From the sequence record NC_019410.1: a DNA stretch of 64,000 bases; one strand, written 5' to 3'. The position numbers were made by a program, and so were the translations under genes. Positions 18,246 through 27,482 of this stretch are shown in pieces. Numbering within the stretch: position 1 is the stretch's first letter; the number at the start of each line of letters is the position of its first letter. The notes beneath the pieces were generated by a model. That model was not told the origin of the DNA. It saw nothing but the letters and a program-made list of their open reading frames with translations, and did not search any database.

Positions 18246-18336
18246 ATGTCTTACCTGTCGTCCATATAGGGCCATTGCGCCTTACCTGTAAGGCGCCCGG
18301 AAATGGGCTAGTCGCGGTCACGCGCCCTCTGGAGGG

Positions 18337-18540
18337 CTACTTTTCCATGAATTTCCGCACCTGGAGGTAGCGCCCGAGCAGGTCGTGCAGCACCTCGGCT
18401 TCCCGGAGCGTGATGATCTGCTCGCCGAGCGAGGTCGGCCCCTCCAGGGCGACCAGTACCTGATCGTCGACCGCGTCCTCGATCGTCACCACGATGGGAT
18501 TGCCAAGTTCGTTGACGAAGGCCTTCTGAAGCTGTCGCAC
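18337..18540 (-). CDS. Hypothetical protein (67 aa)
   Basis: AAGGAG SD on minus strand, follows BTLCP gene. Confidence 0.7.
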   Translation of the reverse strand: MRQLQKAFVNELGNPIVVTIEDAVDDQVLVALEGPTSLGEQIITLREAEVLHDLLGRYLQVRKFMEK

Positions 18541-18544
18541 GGTG

Positions 18545-19300
18545 CTACTCCTTGAGGTAGCCGGCGGCGATCGCCTCGGCCCTGGTGTTGGCTTTGCTCA
18601 GGACCGAATAGCCCCGCGCCTGGATGAAACGGACGTCCTCGTAAAGCTGGACCTCCAGCTTGCCGTCGAGCGCGATGCGCCCCAGCCGGACGGGCGAGGC
18701 CACGAAGGGCGCCGGCTCGCCATCCTTCCAGACGTTGACCTCGACCTCACCGCGATCGGCCGTCGCCACTACCAGCGAGGCGTGGCCGCCGATCCAGTTG
18801 GGGTTCCAGATTTCTAGCCACATCGTGTCGCCGCCCGCGCCGGCGTCGGCCAAGCGGCGCGCCAGCGTCAGGGCGTAGTCCTCACAGTCGCCGCAGAAGG
18901 CGTTTTCGGCCCAGAAATCGCCCGTCTGGTACATCGTGCGGTCAGAAGTGTACTGAAAAGTGCTTCTGAGCGCCTTGTCTTGCTCAAAAACCTCCGAAAA
19001 TGCCAATTTTCGACCCTTTCTGACCTCGCAGAGGGGATTTTTGGCCCATTTTTCGCAGAAAACCCGCAGATCGGGGATCGCCACCGCCACTTCGCCGCCA
19101 TAATCGGGCGTTTCGCCGCCCGAGCCGCTGGATTTGGGGTCGGCGGGGCATTGGTGGTCGACGGCGGCCGGCGCGGTGACGAACGGGAGGTCCTGGCCCG
19201 GCGCGGCGAGGGAAAGAGCGTTCCAGGCGAACCAGCCCAGGCCGCCAAACAGGATCGTTGCGATCGCGACGACGACAAGCCAGAAACGCATGATCGACAC
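18545..19300 (-). CDS. Membrane-anchored transglutaminase-like cysteine protease (BTLCP/LapG-like)
   Basis: N-terminal TM; GDCEDYA and GHASLVV catalytic motifs. Confidence 0.75.
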   Translation of the reverse strand: MSIMRFWLVVVAIATILFGGLGWFAWNALSLAAPGQDLPFVTAPAAVDHQCPADPKSSGSGGETPDYGGEVAVAIPDLRVFCEKWAKNPLCEVRKGRKLAFSEVFEQDKALRSTFQYTSDRTMYQTGDFWAENAFCGDCEDYALTLARRLADAGAGGDTMWLEIWNPNWIGGHASLVVATADRGEVEVNVWKDGEPAPFVASPVRLGRIALDGKLEVQLYEDVRFIQARGYSVLSKANTRAEAIAAGYLKE

Positions 19301-19363
19301 CCCTTAAGTGTCATTAACCATGACACAAGATGTCGTGAATCGCAACATTCGCGCATAAGAAGA

Positions 19364-19396
19364 GCCCCGCCTGTCGTGATTCCAGGCGGGGCTCGT
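19364..19396 (-). terminator. Intrinsic terminator of divergent minigene transcript
   Basis: GAGCCCCGCCTG...CAGGCGGGGCTC then TTCTT on minus strand. Confidence 0.7.
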
Positions 19397-19460
19397 GCTG
19401 CTTAGGAGAAACAGAAGAGAAGAGGTCGATCCCTGGGTGGCGGATCAACCTCTCGACAGT

Positions 19461-19472
19461 TTACTTGAGCAT
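19461..19472 (-). other. Minigene Met-Leu-Lys-stop with strong SD
   Basis: Minus strand AAGGAAGGAG-6nt-ATG CTC AAG TAA. Confidence 0.55.
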
Positions 19473-19534
19473 ACCGGTCTCCTTCCTTGGTCTGGTCTGT
19501 CTGGCGGCCTTGAACGGCCCCTTGTGAAGATTTG

Positions 19535-19563
19535 AAGCTAAACCGGCAACGAAACGGCGTCAA
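19535..19563 (-). promoter_or_regulatory. Sigma70-type promoter, minus strand
   Basis: TTGACG-N17-TAGCTT. Confidence 0.65.
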
Positions 19564-19577
19564 GACCTAAATGTGCT

Positions 19578-19610
19578 GATTCACGACTTCGAATGTCGTG
19601 AATCTTGACA
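19578..19610 (+). promoter_or_regulatory. Portal promoter with GATTCACGAC-N7-GTCGTGAATC dyad abutting TTGACA
   Basis: TCGTGAATCTTGACA 19596-19610. Confidence 0.7.
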
Positions 19611-19718
19611 ACCGGGCGTTAACCATGCCATTTTCCCGCCTACCTGCCCCACCGGTAGGGCCTCCAACGTCAACTTGGGGAGGATGCGTGCGTCCTCCCC
19701 TCCTTCTCCGGGCGCCGC

Positions 19719-21617
19719 ATGGCCGGTCAGACGCCGAACTCCCTGAACATCTCGCGGGTCGCCCGCGCGACCTCGCAGGCCATCTATCTGGTCACCCATC
19801 CCGAGTACCAGCACTGGCGCTCGGAGTGGACCAAGCTGCGTGACGTCCTGGCGGGTCAGCGCGAGATCAAGCGCAAGGGCGAGGCCTATCTGCCGGCCAT
19901 GAAGGGTGCCGACAAGGACGACTACAAAATCTACCTGGAGCGGGCGACCTTCTTCAACATGCTCGCCCAGACGCGCGATGGCATGACCGGCATGGTCTTC
20001 CGCCGCGACCCGTCGATCAAGAACCTGCCGCCCAAGTTCAAGGACGCCGTGCGGCGCTTCGCCAAGGACGGCTCCTCGCACGCCACCTTCGCCAAGGCGG
20101 TCCTGTCGGACCAGTCGGGCATTGGCCGCTACGGCGTCTTGGTCGACGTCACCGATTCCCCGGTCCGCAACGCCCAGCCGTCGAGCTTCGCGGTTGGCTA
20201 CGCGGCCGAGAACATCCTCGACTGGGACGAGGTGGTCGACACCGCCGGCTTCTATGTCCCCAGCCGCGTCCTGTTGCGCGAATTCGTCCGCGACCTGCGC
20301 TGGAAGAGCGATATCGAGCCCCTGACCACCGCCAAGGCCCGCAAGGCGCGCGCCGAGGCCCTGGCCTCCGGCTCCTCGTCCAGCCCCCTGGTGCGCCAGA
20401 CCGCCCGCACCCTGGGCGGCTACAGCTACATCACCGTCTATCGGGAACTGAAGCTCGAAGAGATCGAGTGGCCGTCCGGCGAGGTCAAGCCCGCCTACGT
20501 CCAGTACCTCTACGAAGAAGACCCCGAGTCGACGCCGATCGCCCGCCTCGTCCCCAATGTCCGGGGCGAGCCGCTCGACTTCATCCCCTTCAAGTTCTTC
20601 GGCGCCTCGGGCAACACCGCCGACGTCGAAAAGCCGCCGCTGCTCGACATCTGCGACCTCAACCTGTCGCACTACCGCACCTACGCCGAACTCGAATACG
20701 GCCGTCTGTTCACCGCCCTGCCGGTCTATTACGCGCCGGGCACCGACAGCGAGGGCACCGGCGAATACCACATCGGCCCGAACATGGTCTGGGAAGTCCC
20801 GCAAGGCTCCGAGCCGGGCATCCTGGAATATACTGGTCAGGGCCTGAAGGCCCTCGAAACCGCCCTCAACGACAAGGAGCGGCAGATCGCCGCGATCGGC
20901 GGTCGGATGATGCCCGGCGCCTCCAAGTCGGTGTCGGAGAGCAACAACCAGACGACCCTTCGCGAGGCCAACGAGCAATCGCTGCTCCTCAACATCATCC
21001 AGGCCTGCGAGGCGGGGATGACCGACGTCGTCCGCTGGTGGCTGATGTGGCGCGACGTGCCGCTCGCCGAGACCGAGAACCTGCGCTACGAGATCAACAC
21101 CGACTTCCTGTCGACGCCGATCGGCGCGCGCGAGATGCGGGCGATCCAGCTTATGGCCAACGACGGCCTGCTGCCCGATCCGGTCTTCTACGAGTACATG
21201 CGCAAGGCCGAGGTCATCTCCTCGGACATGACCTTCGAGGAGTTCCAGGAACTGCGCGCCGATCCGGATTCGTTCATCAACAACCCGGACGCCCAGGCCC
21301 GTCAGCGCGGCTTCACCAACCGCAGCCAGGAACTCGAACAGACCCGCATGGCGCGCGAGGCCGACTTCACCCAGCAGAAGATCGACATCCAGGAGCGCGC
21401 CGTGGCGGTCCAGGAAGGGCACGCCGAAGTCGCCCACGCCGTGGGTTCGACCTCGGTTTCCGCCTCGCGCAAGCTGGGCGATCCCGAGCAGGCCCAGCCG
21501 GCGAAGGCCGAGCAAGCCCAGATCGCCAACCAGCGCCGCCAGATCAGCAACGCCGCCGCCACCCCGCCGGCGGCGCCGGGCGCTCCGCCCGCCCCGAACC
21601 CGAGGACCGCCCGATGA
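19719..21617 (+). CDS. Portal protein (DUF4055-like)
   Basis: 632 aa; HPEY...W...YL.RA.FFN and KPPLLDICDLNLSHYR motifs; position upstream of head genes. Confidence 0.85.
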   Translation: MAGQTPNSLNISRVARATSQAIYLVTHPEYQHWRSEWTKLRDVLAGQREIKRKGEAYLPAMKGADKDDYKIYLERATFFNMLAQTRDGMTGMVFRRDPSIKNLPPKFKDAVRRFAKDGSSHATFAKAVLSDQSGIGRYGVLVDVTDSPVRNAQPSSFAVGYAAENILDWDEVVDTAGFYVPSRVLLREFVRDLRWKSDIEPLTTAKARKARAEALASGSSSSPLVRQTARTLGGYSYITVYRELKLEEIEWPSGEVKPAYVQYLYEEDPESTPIARLVPNVRGEPLDFIPFKFFGASGNTADVEKPPLLDICDLNLSHYRTYAELEYGRLFTALPVYYAPGTDSEGTGEYHIGPNMVWEVPQGSEPGILEYTGQGLKALETALNDKERQIAAIGGRMMPGASKSVSESNNQTTLREANEQSLLLNIIQACEAGMTDVVRWWLMWRDVPLAETENLRYEINTDFLSTPIGAREMRAIQLMANDGLLPDPVFYEYMRKAEVISSDMTFEEFQELRADPDSFINNPDAQARQRGFTNRSQELEQTRMAREADFTQQKIDIQERAVAVQEGHAEVAHAVGSTSVSASRKLGDPEQAQPAKAEQAQIANQRRQISNAAATPPAAPGAPPAPNPRTAR

Positions 21618-21940
21618 GCTACCTCCTGTCGCCCTACAAGGCCCCCGCGCCTGAAGCGGTCGCCGCCCACGCCAAGACCCTCCTGGCCCAGCAGGGCTAC
21701 AGCGCCCGCGACGCCCTGATCGGGCGCTGCCAGGAAGCGAGCGTCGATCTGGCCCGCACCGCCGGTCTCAACGCGGCCGAAGCCGCCGAGGTCGGTGAGG
21801 AAATCGCCGGCCTGAACCGGCTGATCGGCGAACTGCAAGACGTCAAAGCCAAGCTGGAGGCCGAGGGCCGCAGCGCCTACGAAGCCGCCGCCCTCAACGC
21901 CGCGACGGCCGTCTATCTGTCGCGCGGCCTGACGCCGTAA
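21614..21940 (+). CDS. Hypothetical protein (108 aa)
   Basis: ATGA overlap with portal stop. Confidence 0.75.
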   Translation: MSYLLSPYKAPAPEAVAAHAKTLLAQQGYSARDALIGRCQEASVDLARTAGLNAAEAAEVGEEIAGLNRLIGELQDVKAKLEAEGRSAYEAAALNAATAVYLSRGLTP

Positions 21941-21959
21941 CCCTAGCTTGTAGAGTAAC

Positions 21960-22139
21960 ATGCCCTCGCGCTACGATTCCCTTGAAGACCTGATGCACGA
22001 CCTCGATCACGAGGGCATCGTGGACGACGGCTTTGGCGAACTGGACGAGGAGGACCTGTCCCTTCTCGTCCCGCCGGGCAAGAAGACCGCGCCCGCGCCG
22101 GCCGCCAAAAAGCGGGGCCGTCCCAAGAAGGCGACCTGA
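21960..22139 (+). CDS. 59-aa acidic protein with C-terminal AT-hook (KKRGRPKK); not in ORF track
   Basis: ATG 21960, TGA 22137-22139. Confidence 0.65.
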   Translation: MPSRYDSLEDLMHDLDHEGIVDDGFGELDEEDLSLLVPPGKKTAPAPAAKKRGRPKKAT

Positions 22140-22378
22140 TGCGCCACGCCTCCGCCCGCTGGAATGTCCTGACCGTCCGCCTGGACGACGTCGCCCATTG
22201 GGTCGACGAGGTCGACGTGGTCATCACCGATCTGGAGACGGGCGAGCACCCGCGCGGCGAGGACGGCGAGTTCCTCCCCATCCTGGCGGCGACCCCCGAA
22301 GCCATCACCCTCTACAACGGCCATGCCATCGCCGGCCGCTACGAGATCACCTCCAGCCTTGAGGCGCCCCGTGTCTGA
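22139..22378 (+). CDS. Hypothetical protein (79 aa)
   Basis: TGATG overlap. Confidence 0.75.
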   Translation: MRHASARWNVLTVRLDDVAHWVDEVDVVITDLETGEHPRGEDGEFLPILAATPEAITLYNGHAIAGRYEITSSLEAPRV

Positions 22379-22544
22379 GACGACCCTGATCGGCGACCCG
22401 AACGCCGAGCGGACCATCGAGGTCCTGGCCATGCACCCCGACGAGGCCGCGAGCTTCGTCCCCACGCCCGAGCAGGCCGCCAAGATCGCGGCGGGCGACA
22501 TGATCATCGGGATCATCCGCTACGGCCCGCCGCCGACGTCGTGA
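22371..22544 (+). CDS. Hypothetical protein (57 aa)
   Basis: GAGG SD before GTG. Confidence 0.65.
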   Translation: MSETTLIGDPNAERTIEVLAMHPDEAASFVPTPEQAAKIAAGDMIIGIIRYGPPPTS

Positions 22545-22553
22545 ATCTTGACA
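22539..22553 (+). promoter_or_regulatory. TCGTGAATCTTGACA promoter motif
   Basis: Exact copy of recurrent motif. Confidence 0.7.
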
Positions 22554-22604
22554 CACCATGTCAGGTGTGATGACGTAGCCCTCGTTAACCACGAGGGCTT
22601 TTCC

Positions 22605-22862
22605 ATGACCACCGCCGTCGACATCCAAGCCGCCGGGCACAACCTGATCGTCTACCTGACGGACATCTATGTCGTCGACGGCGAAGCCCAGGAGCGCGAC
22701 TCCATCGAGTTCGTCCGCAAGGGCGCCAAGCGGACCTTCCATGTTCACCAGACCCGCGACCTCTATGTGACCGAGGTCCGCGACGCCGAGACCGATCTCA
22801 ACGCCCTGATCGACGCCGGCGACGAGGCGGCGGCCCGCCAGTACATCGCCGAGGCGACTTAA
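22605..22862 (+). CDS. Hypothetical protein (85 aa)
   Basis: GAGG SD before ATG 22605. Confidence 0.75.
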   Translation: MTTAVDIQAAGHNLIVYLTDIYVVDGEAQERDSIEFVRKGAKRTFHVHQTRDLYVTEVRDAETDLNALIDAGDEAAARQYIAEAT

Positions 22863-23053
22863 GTTCATAGCGGCGCCGATTGCCCAGCGGGCGCATGCCG
22901 GACACGCGCTGGGAAACCAAATCGGCCGCGATGCGCGCGAAGGCTTTTGATGTAGGGCCGGGACGCGTCAACAGGTGGCGCCGGCCTCTGGGTTCCAGGG
23001 GTTCCTTTCAGCCTGAATCGCGGCAAGTCCGGGCTCCTTTCCCAGAGGGCTCC

Positions 23054-23632
23054 ATGAGCGACGATTTCGACAAGCGTTTCGACGAGATGAAGGCGGCCCT
23101 GGACGGCGTCGCGCCGGGCCAGCTTCGGCTCCCCTTCCCCGGATCGGCCTCGGCTTCGGCCGAGGAATTGATCCGTCGCTTCTCGGCCCTCAATCCCACC
23201 CCGGCCTTCGTGCTCGGGGCGGCCGTCAAGCTCTCGGACGCCCCGCCCGAGCCGCTGCTGCGCGACGGCCACGCCGACGAGGTCTTCGTCGACCTGCCGT
23301 TCGACCACAAGACGGTGGCCGACTGCAAGGCCAAGTTCGTCGACAGCCAAAAGGTTCTCCAGGGCTTTTCGGGCGGGGCGGTCGAGGAAGCGGCGCCCAA
23401 GATCACAATCCAGGTCTATCTCAAGAACGGGCAGGTGCGCGAGTACGACGTCGACACCCAGGCCGCCGCCCGCGAGCACGCCTACGAGATCATCCAGACC
23501 GGCTACCGCGCCGTCGACGAGACCGACCCCACCGTCCTGACCCACTGGCCGCCGCACGAGATCAAGAAGGTCAAGATCAAGGCCCCCGCGCCGTGGACGA
23601 CCCGCTTTTTCGACCGCGTGCGGGGCACCTGA
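23054..23632 (+). CDS. Hypothetical protein (192 aa)
   Basis: GAGG SD before ATG 23054. Confidence 0.8.
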   Translation: MSDDFDKRFDEMKAALDGVAPGQLRLPFPGSASASAEELIRRFSALNPTPAFVLGAAVKLSDAPPEPLLRDGHADEVFVDLPFDHKTVADCKAKFVDSQKVLQGFSGGAVEEAAPKITIQVYLKNGQVREYDVDTQAAAREHAYEIIQTGYRAVDETDPTVLTHWPPHEIKKVKIKAPAPWTTRFFDRVRGT

Positions 23633-23868
23633 TGTCCACCGCGCTCGACGCCGTCCTCGCCCGGATCGAGTCCGGCGAGCCCTTTACCTATGCCGGCCTG
23701 AGCGCGGTCAACGACGCGGCCGGTGGGAACGAGGCGCGCGACCGGCTGGCCGACCGCACCATCCAGAAGTACCGCCGCAAGGGCTGGATCACCTTCACCC
23801 GCGAGGGCCGCTACGTGGTCTGGCGTCCGACGCCGGCCGGCGCCGCCCAGTTCAACCTCCAAGCTTAG
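23632..23868 (+). CDS. Small winged-helix-like protein (78 aa)
   Basis: TGATG overlap; DRTIQKYRRKGWITFTREG resembles wHTH recognition helix and wing. Confidence 0.6.
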   Translation: MSTALDAVLARIESGEPFTYAGLSAVNDAAGGNEARDRLADRTIQKYRRKGWITFTREGRYVVWRPTPAGAAQFNLQA

Positions 23869-23878
23869 GAGCCCGTCC

Positions 23879-24262
23879 ATGTGCGTTGTTTCCGCCGTGA
23901 TGGACTACGGCCGCCGTCAATGGCCCGACCTGCTGGGTCCGGGCGGTCCGACCATCGTGCCGGGCGTGGATCAGCCCTGGTTCGAGATCGTCTCGCCCGG
24001 CCTGCCGCCGGCCCCGGTCCATCCCCGCCCCAAGGTCCCGACCCGCGCCGAGATCGAGGCTTTCCGCCGGCTGGTCCAGGCCGCCAATGAATTTGACCAG
24101 CAGACCGGCCAGCCGCACTGCGAGGACCCCGAGAAGATCAAGCTGCTCGACGCGATCAACAAGCTGGCCGATCGCCTCGACGCCATCGAAAAGCGTCTCG
24201 CCGCCCAGGACAGCGCCGACGCCGAGGACGCGGCGGCGATCACCGCCTCGGTCAAGACGTGA
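23879..24262 (+). CDS. Hypothetical protein (127 aa)
   Basis: AGGAG SD; MCVVSAVMDYG start. Confidence 0.8.
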   Translation: MCVVSAVMDYGRRQWPDLLGPGGPTIVPGVDQPWFEIVSPGLPPAPVHPRPKVPTRAEIEAFRRLVQAANEFDQQTGQPHCEDPEKIKLLDAINKLADRLDAIEKRLAAQDSADAEDAAAITASVKT

Positions 24263-24504
24263 GCGTCTTCGATCTCCCGGCCGACGGCTTTGATCGCCGC
24301 AAGCCGCTCTATCGGGTCTTCAACATCGACGGCGAGAAGCAGTGGTGGACGGTGATCGCCGCCCTCAACGCGCCGGGCCGCCGCTGCACCAAGCAGGAGG
24401 CCATGGGCTGCGAGGACTATGTCGCCGCCCATGCCTGGGCCGAGCACTTCTGGAACTGTTACGCCGCCACTGGCAAGGCGACCATCTACGAGAGCACGCG
24501 ATGA
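24259..24504 (+). CDS. Hypothetical protein (81 aa)
   Basis: GTGA overlap. Confidence 0.75.
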   Translation: MSVFDLPADGFDRRKPLYRVFNIDGEKQWWTVIAALNAPGRRCTKQEAMGCEDYVAAHAWAEHFWNCYAATGKATIYESTR

Positions 24505-24785
24505 AACTCACCGTCAGCGGTCAGGACATGAGCGGGACCGAGACCGTCTATCTGATGCTGGTCCCCCGCGTGGGCGTGCGCCTGGAGAGCGACAAGCCCG
24601 TCACCCTGACCTTCGATCCGCTGCCCGGCGCGGCCGGCGCCGTCAGGGTCGATCCCAAGACCCCCCTGACCCTGGCCGAGAACCCCAAGCCGAGCGAACT
24701 GCGGCTGCTGCCGGCCGGCGCCGAGCAGGTCTTCTACCTCAACGCCAATGGCCGCTGGATGGTGACCTTCCGGGAGGAGCCGTGA
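24501..24785 (+). CDS. Hypothetical protein (94 aa)
   Basis: ATGA overlap. Confidence 0.75.
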   Translation: MKLTVSGQDMSGTETVYLMLVPRVGVRLESDKPVTLTFDPLPGAAGAVRVDPKTPLTLAENPKPSELRLLPAGAEQVFYLNANGRWMVTFREEP

Positions 24786-25021
24786 AACCGGCCCAGCCCA
24801 TGCCCAACGGCATGCCGTTCGGGCGCGACGGCTTTCCGCGCGTCGAGAAGATCGACGCGGTGCGCAACATCGTCACCTTCCATACCGGTGAGACGTCCCC
24901 GATCACAAGTTACCTCGCCGGCGGCGAGGAGGTCGGCAACCCGCTGCGCGCCCAGGTCATCGTCTGCGGCCCCTATCGCGGCAAGTGGCTGGTCATTCCG
25001 GTCGAGGAGGGTGACATTTGA
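24782..25021 (+). CDS. Hypothetical protein (79 aa)
   Basis: GGAGGAG SD, GTGA overlap. Confidence 0.75.
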   Translation: MKPAQPMPNGMPFGRDGFPRVEKIDAVRNIVTFHTGETSPITSYLAGGEEVGNPLRAQVIVCGPYRGKWLVIPVEEGDI

Positions 25022-25257
25022 GCCGCCCCCGCAGCGTCACCGAAGTCCTCTGCGACGACTTCCGCGCCCTCCTGACCACGGGCTTCTACGTCACCGACGA
25101 GCATGGCGAGGTCCATGGGCCGGGCACCCCGCTGGGCGATGCGGCCCTGGCGGCGACCAAGGCGTGGCGCGGCGATCTCTGGAAGGCCTTCCGCCCGATC
25201 GACGACAGCATGTGCCCGGTCCGCGTCCACGAGCGCGAAGCCGCCAAGCGTCCGTGA
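25018..25257 (+). CDS. Hypothetical protein (79 aa)
   Basis: GAGGAGG SD, TTGA overlap. Confidence 0.75.
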   Translation: MSRPRSVTEVLCDDFRALLTTGFYVTDEHGEVHGPGTPLGDAALAATKAWRGDLWKAFRPIDDSMCPVRVHEREAAKRP

Positions 25258-25625
25258 CCCACCGTCCCTCGGCCTATCTCCGGACCCCGCCGATGCGCTA
25301 TCCCGGCCCTTCCGGCTTCGATGAACGGCTGCACCGGGCCGACGGCCGGCCGACGCGGCTTTTGGTCGCGCCGCATCTGGCCTGGGCGCTCCACCAGCTA
25401 CGGCGCTATGGTTCGCCGATCGACTGGCTCCTGCCGGTGACGCGCGAGGGCCTCGCCTCGCCGGGCGATCGTCCGTTCGGCCAGAAGACGGTGCGTCTCA
25501 AGCTCGGCCGCCGGAGGCTGACCCGCCTGGGTGACTATCTCGAATACATGCAGTTCGCGAGCGATGCGGACCTTGCAACCTACAGGCAATGGCTGAAGGA
25601 GACGCCGATTTTTCCGGTGTCGTGA
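25254..25625 (+). CDS. Hypothetical protein (123 aa)
   Basis: GTGA overlap. Confidence 0.7.
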   Translation: MTHRPSAYLRTPPMRYPGPSGFDERLHRADGRPTRLLVAPHLAWALHQLRRYGSPIDWLLPVTREGLASPGDRPFGQKTVRLKLGRRRLTRLGDYLEYMQFASDADLATYRQWLKETPIFPVS

Positions 25626-25634
25626 TTCTTGACA
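25620..25634 (+). promoter_or_regulatory. TCGTGATTCTTGACA promoter motif
   Basis: One-base variant retaining GANTC. Confidence 0.7.
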
Positions 25635-25670
25635 CCCTATGTCGTCTGTGGTGACATCCGCTCGTTAACC

Positions 25671-26033
25671 ATGACGGGCTCCCCGATGATCCGCCTGACC
25701 AAGTCCCAGCACTACACCAACACGGCCGAGAACGACCGTAGCTGGTACCTGGACCCGACCCTGAAGTTCGAGGTCCATGCCCTTCCGATCGTGGCCGAGG
25801 GGCAAAAGTGCGGCTATCCGTCGGCGGGCGCCCTGGTCTGTATGAATGGCGAGGCCCACTATGTCGACGAGGACGTCGACACCATCCTGACCCTGATCAA
25901 GATCGCCCGCGCCCCGCACCTCTACCCCCTGCAAGACTCGAACGGTCGCCTGATCAATCGTGACGCCTTGATCTATCTGGGATTCTCGAACGGCGCGTTC
26001 GACTACGGCCTGATGAGCGGGGTGGACGCGTGA
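25671..26033 (+). CDS. Hypothetical protein (120 aa)
   Basis: ATG just downstream of promoter. Confidence 0.7.
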   Translation: MTGSPMIRLTKSQHYTNTAENDRSWYLDPTLKFEVHALPIVAEGQKCGYPSAGALVCMNGEAHYVDEDVDTILTLIKIARAPHLYPLQDSNGRLINRDALIYLGFSNGAFDYGLMSGVDA

Positions 26034-26710
26034 TCGGCAACCTCATCGCGCTTCGTCAGAACGAAGCCCTGGCCCTGGCGCGCGGCGTGCTGTCGAGCCC
26101 CGATCCGGTCGGTCACATCACCCGCAAGCTGGCCCAGGCCCTGGTCGACGAAGCCGCGCTCTACGAGGACCGGCGCCTCGCCTTCATGCACCCGTCGATC
26201 CTCTGCGCCAACGGCGAGTATTACGATTTCACCGATCCGGACGCCTTTTCCTGGGACATCGAGGTGATCGCCGCCGGCCTGCGCGCCCCGCGCTTCACCG
26301 CCCAGACCCGGAGTCTCGGGACCTATTCGATCCTCCAGCACTCGGTCCTGGCCAGCTACATCGTCCCCAAGGGCTTCGAACTGGAGGCCCTGCTGCACGA
26401 CGCCCAGGAGAGCGTGCTCGGCGACAAGGCCACGCCGTTCAAAATCCTCCTGCCCGACTACAAGCACTACGAGGACGCGGCCGAGCGCGCCGTGCGGCGC
26501 AAGTACGGCCTGCCCGAGACGATGTCGCGCGAGGTCAAGCACGCCGACGTCGTCATGCTCGCCACCGAGAAGCGCGACATCATGCCCAACCCCGAGGACG
26601 AGTGGGAAATGCTCAGGGATATCAAGCCCTTGGACTTCCCGATCGAGGTCTGGGACGTCGAGCACGCCCGCAAGGTCTTCCTCGAACGCTTCGCCGATCT
26701 GACGGCCTGA
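26030..26710 (+). CDS. HD-domain phosphohydrolase (YfbR/5'-deoxynucleotidase-like)
   Basis: YSILQHSVL...ALLHDAQESVLGD...KHADVVMLATEKRD. Confidence 0.8.
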   Translation: MIGNLIALRQNEALALARGVLSSPDPVGHITRKLAQALVDEAALYEDRRLAFMHPSILCANGEYYDFTDPDAFSWDIEVIAAGLRAPRFTAQTRSLGTYSILQHSVLASYIVPKGFELEALLHDAQESVLGDKATPFKILLPDYKHYEDAAERAVRRKYGLPETMSREVKHADVVMLATEKRDIMPNPEDEWEMLRDIKPLDFPIEVWDVEHARKVFLERFADLTA

Positions 26711-26749
26711 CGTCCGCTCCTGACGTAGAACGATACGAGAACATCCGCT

Positions 26750-27274
26750 ATGCGCAATGTCACCCTCACCCTGGATGGTCCGATCGCTGTCGGCAAGTCG
26801 CGCCTGCTGCGCACCATCGCCTTCGCCCTGGAGAAGACCTATCCGGGCAAGTTCGCCTTCACGGGCGACGTGGTCGACTGCGCGCCCCTGGCGGTCAACA
26901 CCATCGAGCCGATGACCATCACCGTGGTCGAGAAGACCGACGGCCGCGCCTATCCCGCGACCCAGGCCGCGCTCCTGAGCGCCGAGACGGCGCGCGTACT
27001 GACCGCCGGCCTGACCAGCGACGAACTCGTGGCCGAAATCTCCAAGGCCGTCGGCGCCGCCGCTCGCGCCGGCCTGAGCCGCGCGGTGATCGGCAAGGAC
27101 ATCGTGCGCGGGGTCTCCGACTGGAACGGCGACGCCAACGACACCGTGATCGGCCGGGCCGCCAAGCAGGCGCGCGCCGCCGGCTACGCGGTCAAGAAGG
27201 GCATGGATGGCGACCTCGTCATCGAGTGGAAGACCAAGGTCGCCCCGCCCTTCGCCGGCTATCTGGATCGCTGA
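26750..27274 (+). CDS. Hypothetical protein (174 aa)
   Basis: N-terminal GPIAVGKS resembles a degenerate P-loop. Confidence 0.75.
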   Translation: MRNVTLTLDGPIAVGKSRLLRTIAFALEKTYPGKFAFTGDVVDCAPLAVNTIEPMTITVVEKTDGRAYPATQAALLSAETARVLTAGLTSDELVAEISKAVGAAARAGLSRAVIGKDIVRGVSDWNGDANDTVIGRAAKQARAAGYAVKKGMDGDLVIEWKTKVAPPFAGYLDR

Positions 27275-27278
27275 GCCG

Positions 27279-27482
27279 ATGTCGACCCGCATCCAGCCGC
27301 ATGACCTTCGCCTCCAGTCGGCGATCGCCGACTTTCACGAGCGCAACCTGATGTGCCCGGAGCCGGACTGCGACTGGGGCGTGATCGAGACCGGGGAAGA
27401 GGACCCCGACACCTGCATCCCCATCACCAAGACCTGTCCGGTGTGCGCCGGCCGGGGCTTCCTGCCGAAGAAGGCCGCCTGA
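27279..27482 (+). CDS. Small Zn-ribbon protein (67 aa)
   Basis: CPEPDC...CPVCAGRG. Confidence 0.7.
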   Translation: MSTRIQPHDLRLQSAIADFHERNLMCPEPDCDWGVIETGEEDPDTCIPITKTCPVCAGRGFLPKKAA

